Assembly (NCBI GenBank): GCA_002633005.1
Contig: NMRA01000401.1
Coordinates: 83,827 to 147,826, forward strand
DNA: 64,000 nt
Reading direction: 5' to 3'
Source of the DNA: Phoronis australis
Taxonomy: Eukaryota; Animalia; Phoronida
Shown here: one piece after another, positions 1 through 12,038 of the stretch
Numbering within the stretch: position 1 is the stretch's first letter
Layout of the letters: every line of letters begins with the position of its first letter
The notes under the pieces: model-generated
Told to the model about the DNA's origin: nothing
Databases searched by the model: none
Seen by the model: only the letters and a program-made list of their open reading frames with translations
Made by a program: the position numbers and the translations under genes

Positions 1-276
1 ATAACTTGTAAAAAATGTTCTATCCAATACGTAGGACAAACTCAACATAATCTACAAACTCGGTTTCGTAATCATAGATTTAACATAATACATAAAAACA
101 TTTCTGATACTGTAGGTAATCATTTCAATTCCAAAAACCATAATATTCAAGATCTTTCTGTACAAATAATAGAAAAACTCCAACACCCCAGTACCCCTCA
201 CAGACTTAAAAGAGAACAATATTGGATAGACAAACTGAATACAATAGAACCTCATGGATTGAACATAAAAACTTAA
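1..276 (+). mobile_element. Penelope-like retroelement, C-terminal GIY-YIG endonuclease coding region (5' part outside window), in CIP2A intron 1
   Basis: Frame +1 is open from base 1 to TAA at 274-276: ITCKKCSIQYVGQTQHNLQTRFRNHRFNII..VGNHFNSKNH..LKREQYWIDKLNTIEPHGLNIKT*. CxxC, YVGQT, R..H, HF...H and RE..WI..L.T..P.GLN are typical PLE GIY-YIG motifs. Confidence 0.9.
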
Positions 277-376
277 AATATGTCATTGAATTTTTTACGC
301 AAAAATGTATCATTTTCATTACACCATATCTTATATGTCAATTGTCATTTCGTGTTTGATTTTACTTTATTTCTGT

Positions 377-417
377 TTTTGTTGATAAAGGAAGTTGTTA
401 CCTCCGAAAATTTCAAA
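377..417 (+). ncRNA. Candidate minimal hammerhead ribozyme in the Penelope 3' region
   Basis: Core TTGATAA (382-388) + A; stem II GGAAGT-tgtt-ACCTCC (one mismatch); GAAA 406-409; palindromic AATT; stem I TTTG/CAAA. Lies about 100 nt after the GIY-YIG stop. Confidence 0.55.
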
Positions 418-1327
418 TTTCAGTTGATCCATTCTTGTTGTTTTATTTACTGATGTATGTAGCTAATGGATGGACAGTGCATCCTGTGATAATAACGCGT
501 CATCTCAAATATATAGCTGAGCCATTTATGGATTTTTCAATTTAGAATTGTGCAATAGGAGTTATTGAAGTCGAGTACTAATATGAAGTGAAACAACTGA
601 TTGTGGTTTCGAAATTAATAGCAAAATTTTGTGATCCTTGTGTTGTGTGGTTTTTAACAATTCTCCTGCAGTGGTTTTCAAAATAAACTGGGCAGCACCC
701 AAAATTGTAATTAAATGTTCGTTTCTGTTTCAACTCGAACACGTTTTAATTCCGGCAAAATCTCCAGGCACCTTGTCGAAATCGTGACAACTTTCTTTGC
801 TGGACTGTTTACAAGTAAACAACGACTAGTCAAAGTCACTTGGCGTTAAACTCTGATTAATGTTATTTTATTGTGGCAAATGTTTGGCTAAATTGCCAAA
901 TAATTCTTACAAGAATTTCATCCAAGTTTGGCAGAGTCTGACAGAATTCAGTCACAGTATGTTTAGTTTATTTTAAAAGCTACTATATTTATGATTTCGC
1001 AATTTTCTTCACCTTATGGTAAAAATTCCTCAGCTTGGGATACAATTTAGTGGAGAAGGGAAATTTCATTTTGTCATAATTCTCATCAAATATAACTTTT
1101 CATGAAATCTTACTTTCCTTTTAACATGGTTTTCAGTATGGCCATTAAACACTTGGTAAATTTTTGAGAATTCGCAGCAATGGTAGAAGCTTCTGCCGAA
1201 CAGTTCTGGAAAGTTGCTGTAATACTTATACAGAGAGTTTGTAGAAGTGGTGATTGCTAATTCCTGCATGCTTAGTTGGAATGTTATAAATTTCTGTATA
1301 GTTGATTACTGCAGTTTGCTTTCACAG

Positions 1328-1484
1328 GTTTTAATCAGCATAACATGTAAGCCATCCTCCCTCCGTTTCTTCGACCCTCGCCAACTCCTGCCAACAGAGT
1401 GCTTCACAGCACTCGTTGACCTCATGAATGACAACCAGAACAATTCGGTGGCACAGAAAACCATGGTCTTGCTGTCAAACCTTG
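1328..1484 (+). CDS. CIP2A: CIP2A coding exon 2
   Basis: cag|GTT..CTTG|gtaag; [40 protein letters not shown]. Confidence 0.88.
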
Positions 1485-4400
1485 GTAAGTTGCAGAAAAT
1501 GTCTTCTTGAAGATCGTTCTTCCAAGATGGATGCCAGTGCTGACATAATGAAATAAACCTTGTCACTAGATGGCGATATAGTTGTTGGTGGATAGTACAT
1601 ACTCTGCACTCTTGCATGGGTGCTTAATGCAGGGCTTGGAATTTTCCGCGGAAACGCGGATTTCCGCTTTTTTCAAATGTTCTGTCCGCGCATTTTATTA
1701 TATTTCCGCTTAAAAAAATCGGATTTGATTTAAAATTTCCGCAGTAAATTCCTTTCTTACCACGGCGTTGCCGACGATGTTCACCTCGAAAAGCGGAAGT
1801 TGCTCTTTATGTTTCGGAGGAATGTAAATTGTCAACATTGCCGGGGCATCTGGGATAGCGTGGTGGGATTTTCAATGGCATCTCGTGTGATTGTAAACCG
1901 CGGTGACAAATACTACGGCTCTGCAGCCAAAAATGTGTGGGGTGGGAGTGGAGGAGTGGATGGACGAGATAAAAAGACGTAGACGCATGCTACTGATGGT
2001 GGTAACGTTTTTTTTTTAGTCCTACCGATTTTTGAAAGGTTCACATCGACTTTTTCAAGGTTGGGTAGCGCGCATATTTTGGGTTGTAAAAGTTTCCGCG
2101 TTTTTTTGTCATTGGTCATTCCTAGCCCTGTTAATGTTGTGGCATCTCCCTGTGCTGCTTTTTATAAGTTCTTTGCGACCATCATGCTGTAAGATTGTCA
2201 TTGCTTTACGGTGGGATTATCGAATAAGTCACATATTAAAGTCCCTGTCCTCATGGTCCATTTTGCACATGAGTATTAGAAACTGTCAAGCGGAGGACAT
2301 TTATATGCTTTCGCTGTCCCGTTGAAGAATGTTATGTAGAATGTTCCCTGTTAAAGCTTGATATACAAATAAGATGCCAAGAATTGGGGCTCGTTTCTGT
2401 CGCTGTCCAAGATGGAAAGAAAATGCAGTTGTGTTCTAAGTTTTGTGATGTACCACCTAAAAATTTGACCGGAAAAGTGACAAGAGCACTTTATCGGAGA
2501 TTCCCGATAAATATAACCTCTGATATTTTGGGAACACACTCAAGACATATCCACGGCTTATGTAGTATACGTCTATTAAATTGATTATTCAAGACCAAAT
2601 AAAATATCTGTTTGAAAAGCCTTCAAGTAAGTTCTAAAACATTCAACATCTGCAAGACTCACCTAACTCAGTCCCTCATGTTCTGTTCCAGCCCAGGGCA
2701 GTAGTGTGAGGGAGACTCTCCACTCTGTGTTCCATCTGACGTCAAGTCTAGCCTCATTCTTACGACACAGAGGTACAATGCCACCTGATCAGTGCACTAT
2801 CCAGGTAAACTCATTACATTTGTCGTATGTAAAGTAAATTCCTTCCTTGGTATGCAAAATTGGCAAGCTTGGTTTATTGAGAGGAGTTATGGAACATTTG
2901 TTGGAAACTGCTGCACTCATTGAGCTGCTGGGTTCAGTTTGAGAAAAATGAAGACTGTCCTAACTTAATCAGGGGAGGAAACGATTCCTTGACCGCTCTT
3001 ATAAATCCCTGCATGGATTCCCTAAGTCTATTCGACTAACAAACACAAAAACCCACGGTACAAATTTCATATCCTAGCCCCCAGTTTTCCACACAACAGA
3101 AAAAATTCAAACTCCATGGGAAGTTTGCAAAGTTGTATAATTCTATGTTGCTGTCCTGTGTAAAGTATGGCTATAAACTGAGGGTCATATTTCCAGTGTG
3201 TGGAACTGCTTCAGAAGATCACCTACAGCCAAGTTGTGCCCTATCAGGAAAACTACGTAGAAGATCTAGTTCGCTTCCTTGTCAAAAGCATGTAGGTATT
3301 TGAACAATGTTACTACCTTAATCACAAAATTTTATGCAGTATTTTCTTCAATTCTGCTAGTTGAGCGATTTGTCGAGTTTCTTAGATATTTTTGCTTCAT
3401 TACAAATTCAGTTTTATATATACTTTGTGTTGCTTCTTTGTAGATAAAAATGCTAAGAATTTCAGCCATTTATTGATACAGAAAGCACTGAAATATTTCT
3501 CTAAACATCTAGGAACTAAAAGGTGAGACGACTCCTGTCAACAAAGTGCAGAAAGCATTGGAGTAATACTAAGTTAATTTCACACATTACACCTCTGTTG
3601 AGAAGTAATGTGTGAAATTTGCAGAGCTGGATGTTTACTAGATGCATGTGTGTAATGTGTTCTTGTTGTTTCTCAGCCTATCAAAGGAGGCCGGTATGAT
3701 CCAGCCCTGTTTGGGACTTCTGGCCAACGTGTGTCGCCACAATCCACCTGTCCAGGCCTTTGCTAAAAGTTTGGTAAGGAGACACTGCAAATTCATTCGC
3801 TACAAACAATAAATTTCAGCCGAGTTGTTGCCGAATGAACCTGCAACTCAAGTCGCAAGCAATGAATGCGTTTATGCGCCATTTTTGAATACGCAATTCT
3901 ACCTTACCCTCTTCCCAATAAACTTTTGAGCATTTTTATTTTCAATGTGTTTGCTGGTAATCAGGGCTTGGAATTTTCCGCGGAAACGCGGATTTCCGCT
4001 TTTTTGAAATGTGCTTTCCGCTTTTTTTATAATATTTCCGCGTAAAAAAATCGGATTTGATATGAAATTTCCGCTGCAAATTCCTTTCTTACCGCGGCGT
4101 TGCAGACGACGTTCACCTCGGAAAGCGGAAGTCTTTATGTTTCGGAGGAACGTAAATTGTCAACATTGCCGGGGCATCTGGGTAAAGCGTGGTCTGATTT
4201 TCAATGGCGGCTCGTGTTATTGTTAAGCGCGGCGACAAATACTACCGCTCTGCAGCCAAATTTGTGTGGGTTGGGAGTGGACGGGCGAGCGAAAAGGACG
4301 CAGACGCATGCTACTGATGGTGGTAACGTTTAGTTTTTAGTCCTCCCGATTTTTGTCGCGGAAAGGTTCACATTGACCATATCAAAGGCTGGTTATCGGG

Positions 4401-7400
4401 CATGATTTGGGCCATAAAAGTTTCCGCTTTTTTGTCATTGGTCATTCCAAGCCCTGGGTAATGGAAGTCGAGTTCTATCATGTTAAGGATTATTTTAAGA
4501 CCAGTTTCATGAACTTCGGCAGCTTAATTGAATTTTTGGCAACTAAACACTGGAAATGCGGTTTGAATTTTTCAACTGGTTCGATATTGGCTTCTAGGAG
4601 AACATGAAGGCTGTGTACAAGACCCTGATATCTTACCTGTCACATCATGACATGAGTGTTGTCGTCTTCTCGATGTCCATCCTTATCAGTCTTTGTCTTC
4701 ATGAAGAACTTGGCGAAAAGGTGATCAATTTTGTTGAGTAAATACTTTTAAGGTTTTTGGGAAGTCTGATATATAAGAAATGATTGATTAATTCAAAAAG
4801 CCTTTCTGGCAATTGGAATGCTTTGAATTAGTTAAAAACCAGACATGGGAATCTTCATTGTTTTAGCTATACTACATCAGGGATATTCCTGGACCACGCC
4901 TTAGAGTCATTAAAACATAAAAAATTAAAAGGGGAAGGTACATTGCAGCAGCGCACACCCTGGGGGCATCTTTTAAAATGCAACACTTTTCCAAAAAAGT
5001 AAGATTCTAGTCAACTTGTGTGGAATTTTTAAATAAAAATGCAACATGACTGTTATTTTGATTGCCTTTGGGTTTTCTGTTTCATATGTTACCACTTTAA
5101 TTACACTAAGTCTGCTGGTCACAACTTTTTGAGAAAAGACACACTTTTTATCATCAGGTGTGCCCAACTGGCACAGGTTCAAACCTGTTCAGGAACATCC
5201 CATCTACATTGAACTGGGCTTGCTGTTAAATGTATAGAGTTATTCAAAACTGTTGGTTTAAGGATTATTCAGGGGGAGAACTCTTATCTGGATTTACTCT
5301 GCGCTTCCTGTCTATGCTCACCGCACTTGAACTAAAGACTGATATTCCTATTAGTTGATTACTTGCAGCTTTGAGCTATGATTGTGAAATACTTGATGTT
5401 ACTTAGCATCAACACAGTTGCAATTGGGCCGTCCTGAATTACACGGATGACATGGTGATAGAACTCTCCTTTGTCCGGGAGATAAAAAAGTGTGTGGCTT
5501 TTTTTGGAAATCAGGCGCATTTTTGTGTCTATGATTGATGCCGGAAAGGTGAAGAATTTCAGATCATGCATCCGTGAGTATTTGTCCAGTTTATAAAACA
5601 TTCTCACGTCAGAGCTGCAACCCATAGCATAGCAGTAATAGTTTATTGGCATTGGAAGGATGAATAGAGTAGTGCAGCCAAGAAAACTTGTAAAGAATCG
5701 GATGACAACAAATAACATGTGAAACTCCATTGACACAAAAACGAGGCAGCAAATGCGCCTAACAGATGTTTACGTCGTTTTGTGTAACTACAGCGAGATT
5801 CGAGTGTCGCTGCGTAATCCCGGACGGCCCTGTTATCATTTTGTTACACATATGGAAACCCGATTAAGGCATGCTAAGCCTATTGTGGGCTTTCCATTAT
5901 AGACATCGTAGAACTTATGGGAGGTTGTGCAGTTAAACGGGAACTGGACCAAAAATTGGTTTAGTAGTACGTCAATTTCTACAGCGTGTTCAAACTTGAG
6001 AACTTTAATTTCACGCATCGTCATTTTTTCTTTTCGTTCCAGCTTTTCAACTCCAAGAACATTCATCAGACATTCCAATTGATTTTTAACATCATCCTAA
6101 ACGGTGACTCTGGATCGTCACAGAGTTATGCAGTGGACCTTTTCATTGATCTCATCAAGGACGTCAAAATAAGAAACTCGCTCGTAGCGTATGTATTATG
6201 ATTATAGCAAATTCCTCTTCTGTACAAGCCAAAAGTAATCAGACAAAATGACCCCAAAATTACCAAGGATGACGGCTGGGCGATACCCCAATTCGTGGTC
6301 GGAGTAGTCTTCTCTCATGACACCTATGTAATTTTCGTACGAGCAAGTAACCAGTGTGGTAACTGCATTATGTGAAATGTAGAATAGGTGCCAAAGAGAT
6401 ACACCGCATTGTCGGTAAATACCGCAGAACTGTGATGGAGTGTCCTCTATTTTAACTGTGGTTTGATTGTTGCTATGTTGCCATCCCATTTTTAAAGGTG
6501 CTACATTACTGTTAAAGGTGCTATGAACCGCCTTCCATCAAAGATATTTTATTGGAGACCACTTATGGCTATCAAACTGACCTCAACTTGTTTTGCACTC
6601 AGATGAGAAGCGGTTTCTGTGCTTGGGAAGAAATGACAGTTCGTTATTGCTTAATTCACGAAATGGCCAACAGGGCTAGCCATCATATTGAGCCTGGTCC
6701 CAAGGAGTAACAAACTTTCAGTCATTTCAAGGGACCATATCAAAAGTTATTTTTTGAATGAAAGAGGGGTTATTAAAGCTTTAAATTCATTGAAGCATGT
6801 TAATGGTGTTGCAGCTATGATCATCTTCCTCTCTGTATCAAGCAAGTGATGGGATTGTTACCAAATGTTGACGGTGAGACGGCCTCTAAGGTGAGTGAAG
6901 TTTAGTTGGTGAAGCTTTATGCAACGTTCTGTGTTGAGCTAAGTTTTATGTTTTTACACGAATTTTGTCTGGACTTCTTTAAATCTGAAAATCTTAATTT
7001 CTTCAACGTCTGCGCAAAATTGTCACATATCACCTTGGAACAGGTAGTGTTTATGACCTTGGCAAGATTAAGCGCATGTTGAGCACTTTCCAGTTAGTTT
7101 GAAGGAAAAGGGTTTCTGACATTTATTTATCTCCTTTAATTGTACGAACAAACCAAGGGAAGGTTTACTTTATGATAAGAATATCGATTAATAGAAAGGG
7201 GATGTCTTAGTTTGTGTTTGTTTTTACTCCGTAAGTAAATGTTTTTTTATCAAAACAGGATTCACATCTCATTTAAATTAATGCAATTGCTATTGAACAC
7301 AACATTGGCTTCTGTCGATTTGTAAAACTTTTACAGCTCGGGGTCCACCAAATATGTATATCAAATTAGGAGTACTCAGAACATTTGTGTGTGATCTATG

Positions 7401-10400
7401 GAAAAACTGGTCGTTGACTGTATTTTTCATGATATTGAACTCGCAGTTTAGCAGAGAGCAACTATGATCATTTATCCTCGCCCGTGTGTTGCAGTTGTTT
7501 GAACTCTTGCTGGCCTTCTCTGGTGTCAACCATCTGCGTGCTGCTGTCTGCCGCACTCTGCTGGACCTCCCGTCAACAGGTGGCGCTGCAGCCCTCACAC
7601 CACCCACAGAGCCTTTCATGGCCACGATCAACTGGGCAGATCAGAGTGTGTCCAGCCAAGACATGGTGTCGTTATACGCCCTGGACTTTACGAGGGAAAT
7701 GTACAAGGTATGTCGATCACAAGTACGCTGTTCAATTTGCCTGTTCTGTTATATTCTAGAATAGAAATTTCTTGTTCCATTTGTCGAACGAAAAATTTCG
7801 AATCTCTTCCAAAGATTTATTCAACAATTTTATTGAAGAGCATAGTTTCGGTGGCATGTGTTGTAATCGGCGAAAATGGCATAAAGTCATTATTTGACAT
7901 TATCACGTATGACACTTGCTCTGAGTTGTTCATGTATTGCGAAGAATTTAAATCAGTGAATGCAAACAATAACTCAGTGGCAAGATTAGACGGAATTCCT
8001 GCTGCCGTTGCCATGGTACTTTAAACTTTTCCGATCTGTTCTATTTGAGGGTCACCCATGGGCGGCGTGCCATTAGGGGGCTGGGGGGCTATAGCCCCCC
8101 ACTTATTTCAGTGCTGCGCCTAGCAGCTAGTTAGTGAGATAATTTCTGAAATTATTTCTAGACTGTGACACGCTCTTAGTTACATGACTGAACTTTTTTC
8201 TTAAATAGAAAGTCTGGACGACGTGTGAGATGAAATTTCTGTCTTAAGACTTGAGTCACCTTTCATGAATCAGACACCTCTATGTGCTTAGCTATGGGTT
8301 AACGATATTTTATCAACATAACGTGATGTGCACTTTTTTGTTGCCTTTGTATGTATTACTATTTAAGACTGCAAACATTTGTACCAAATCCTTATAATGT
8401 TGAAAATCAATTGTAATAAAAAGTTTCGGGAGCTTTCGAGTTCTGAAATAGAACTTGATTAGTTTGATTGTTTCTCTAGTTTACTTTAATTTAAAATTAT
8501 TTACTACGTATAATAGAGACTAAATATCAACACACAATATTCATGACTAATAGTTTTCAACGATATTCGTTCGAGCTCTATCTTGGACAGTGGTTCGAAG
8601 AACAATAATTGACCTATTGCAAGCTCCTCCCCCTTCCGAAATGTCAACAAGCAAACAATAAGTTTTACCCAGCAACGTGCTGTTTGTAGGGTAAAATGTC
8701 GGCTTGGAAACGAAAGTGTGTCAAGAATGCTGCATTCCAATTGGTCAGTTAAGCCATCACTCAAAATCCTGGCGATAGTTGAATTAAGCAGACGACCAAG
8801 AGACACAAAAAATTCTGATAAGGCAACAGCTGTAGTTCGAGTCTGTTCTTGTCTCGTCATCAAACAGAAATCAAATGAAAATTATCAGTCATAGATATTG
8901 CTGTGTGCAAAACATTTTGCATACAGGAGGGGCTGCTGTCAAATTACTTCTAATATAAAGTAAAGGTAATAGAGTATGCTATCCAACTGTGACTTTGTCA
9001 ATACAGGAAGCAGAAAAGACCGGTCTACTTGCTGACATGCCAGCTTACCACCAGCTGGTTCTCCCTATTGTGAAGAGAACAGTGTCAATGAAGCTGGAAC
9101 CAGAGAATATACACATGAGGAAGAAATGTATTAAGATCGTCAAGGCTTTACAACTCTTGTCAGGTAGGCTGCGTGCCAAAAGAAATTGGACAAAATATTT
9201 TGCCGTCGTGACGGGTCGTTTTAACTACACTGTAGTGAATTTGACTTGCATTCAAGTGTCGTGATGGGGAATTCCTCTTGCACTTGTCTGTCGTGACGGG
9301 AGATCTGGTTCCTTTTGTCTGGTTGTTTTTGGCATGCACTGTACAGCTGCATTAGATGTGTTGTGAGTGATGACCTCGATGTATTAAAATATGTAAGTAT
9401 TATATTTTTACAAGACAGTTGTCATACGTTTTGGGTTATGAATTTCAGCAAATCAAATTTTATCTTGAATTTATTCCCAGGTTTTCATGGTTGATCGCAG
9501 AATTTGTAAAATTTCTGATTTCTTACAGATCAAAGCTTAAAATATGTTTAGATTATTATTTTTTGTACTCTTTAAATATCCAAGTGAGGGTTGTGTCATC
9601 CAAATTTTTTTCTAGTTGTCTGTCTGGGCTCCTGTTGTGTCTGGAAGCTCCATTCAATGCTGGTGGGTAGTCATAAATTCTGTAGACTATTCTGTGTTCG
9701 CTCTTTACTTTAATATGCCCTGCCTCGTGACTAGTTGTGAACACTTCATTGTTATCCATTTACAGTTATGTGTGATGTGTCGTCAGCGAGGACACAAGCA
9801 TGTGAGTTTGTTAGTCTGAAGGACTTTGAGGGCTTACTTGAGTACCAGTTCACCAATAACAAACTAGGCTCTAAGTATTGGCGGGGTGGAAGTGAGCTTT
9901 TGGATGAATGGAGGTAACTTTGAGATATTTTTAGTGTTTATTATCTATAAATATAATGTACAATAATTGGAGTTAAGCTCAGTCTTATAATAAACTTAAT
10001 GCAGAAACTTTATTGTTCCTGTTCAGAAATTGGTCTTTGACTATTGTTGTTCAGGCTGCAGGGCTGTAGGGGTCTAACTGATAGTCGCATACAGAATACC
10101 AAAGCGCCCTCTCTCATTCTGCAGTCTTCACCCACGTTGCTGGATGTCTGTAGGGCGTGTGCCTCATGGTTGGACGTTGCTGCCTTGTTAATCACTATAT
10201 TATTGCGGAAAATTATGTATACGTTCATAGTTCTGAATTCTACTGTTGCTCTGTAAGTTGCATCACTGACTCCTAGAAACTCAGTGCGTTGCCCTTTACA
10301 CCCTGTAACATCATAGTAGTGTACCTGGAACATGGACATAAATTGCAACATTCTTTTTTCAGGGGTCTGTGTCATGAACGGTTTCTTAAGGCTTAAGTTG

Positions 10401-12007
10401 GAAATTGGTATTACGCTCCACGCAACGATTTCTGAGAAAGATTATATCTCACTTGAGCATAAGTCCAAAATCTCTGAGAATATGCAAACAGTTGGTTACT
10501 GAGATTATTTCTATTCATTATTTCTAGACTGGTGCACTCACAATTTCTTGGCTAAACCTTTTATTTGCCAATTGTGATGGGGGAGCGTAAGACCAAATTT
10601 CTGTCTTAAGTCACTTTCACGAAACAGACCGCCAGTGTACTAAATGTCTTGAACAACCTTTGCAAAGTTCTGCCTGTTTTCGTTCATTAAACATCTGACA
10701 ACATTTTCCGATGAATTAAACCTCCGTGTCTTGTCGTTTCAGTGATGCTGGTTTGGATGTGATGCTGAATACACTACAGGTGGTGCTGATGTTGAAAAAC
10801 AGTCTGCACGGCGCAGAGAGGCTGATGGCCGAAACACTACAGGTGCTTTTTCGCCAAATTTTTCATTTCAGTTTCGTATTACTAATTATTTAACTGAAGT
10901 TTCGAGTACAATTCAAGCTGCACGAAGAAAGTCATTGATTATTAGTTAATTTGATATATCTTGCCTGTAACTTCATAATTTTGTTGCTTCACTGATAGTA
11001 CATACCTGTGCTAATTCACAGGTATGCTACTTTAGTGAAGACAACGAAATTATGTGATTTTGTATGTCCTTGATCTGCCTCACTGGCTGAATTTTCTTGA
11101 AAACAGGTGCTTGTGCATCTGAAAACAGCGCCACCTGTTGTAAATCGTGTAGCAATACAGACTTTGTCCATTTTGGAAGAGTTGCATTTAGTGAAAGTTG
11201 TTGAATCATCAAAAATAGTTCTCTGATAGATTTCAAATCAGTTCGAAAATTCCTTTTATATCTGCTGATCGTGTGTGTTTGCAGGATACGCGTGTTGTTC
11301 CGTTCCTGTCCCATGGTATGACCTCACAGTCACATGACCGTGTTCACATTGTTCTGAAGATGGTTGCTGTAGGATTCTCTTTACAATCATTCCCCAGTGA
11401 TGTGTGAGTATCATTACTGGAATAATTACCTGCTGTTTGTCACATCCTTTCTCATGACCCTCTTGCCCCTTACCTCCTTCCCCTTTGCCCCTATCCTCCC
11501 TAGCTCCCTCCCTCCATTCCCCCTTGCCCAATTCTTCATCCTCCAAACACCCGACCTCTGTATGGCAGGACCTCAAGTTACTGTGTATTACAGGTTCAAA
11601 GCCAGTAAATACTGAAATAGTGAAGTCAGATCTGTTATTGATAAAGGGAGCACAAAGTTTAGCAAAATACCGGAATTGTACGTTGGAATCTCACCAATTT
11701 CGGGCAAAAATAATTCCCAAAATTATGCTTCTTCCATTTTTCAAGGGCTTTTAGTATTGTGGTGAACGCCCACAATTTTTCAAAGTATTTTCTGTTAGTA
11801 GCTATGGTACAGAACCTAGATATGGCAAAGCATCATTCTTACTAGTATATCATTTATGAAAAAAATGAGAAAATAAAATTCCACCCGTCCGCCATAGTGT
11901 GTCTAAATTGGTGAGGTTTTACCATATTACAATATTATTCTATATTAATAAACGTTGGTGGTATTGATATTATTATCATCATCATTATTAATGTCATTAT
12001 CGTCATT

Positions 12008-12038
<31 letters not shown>

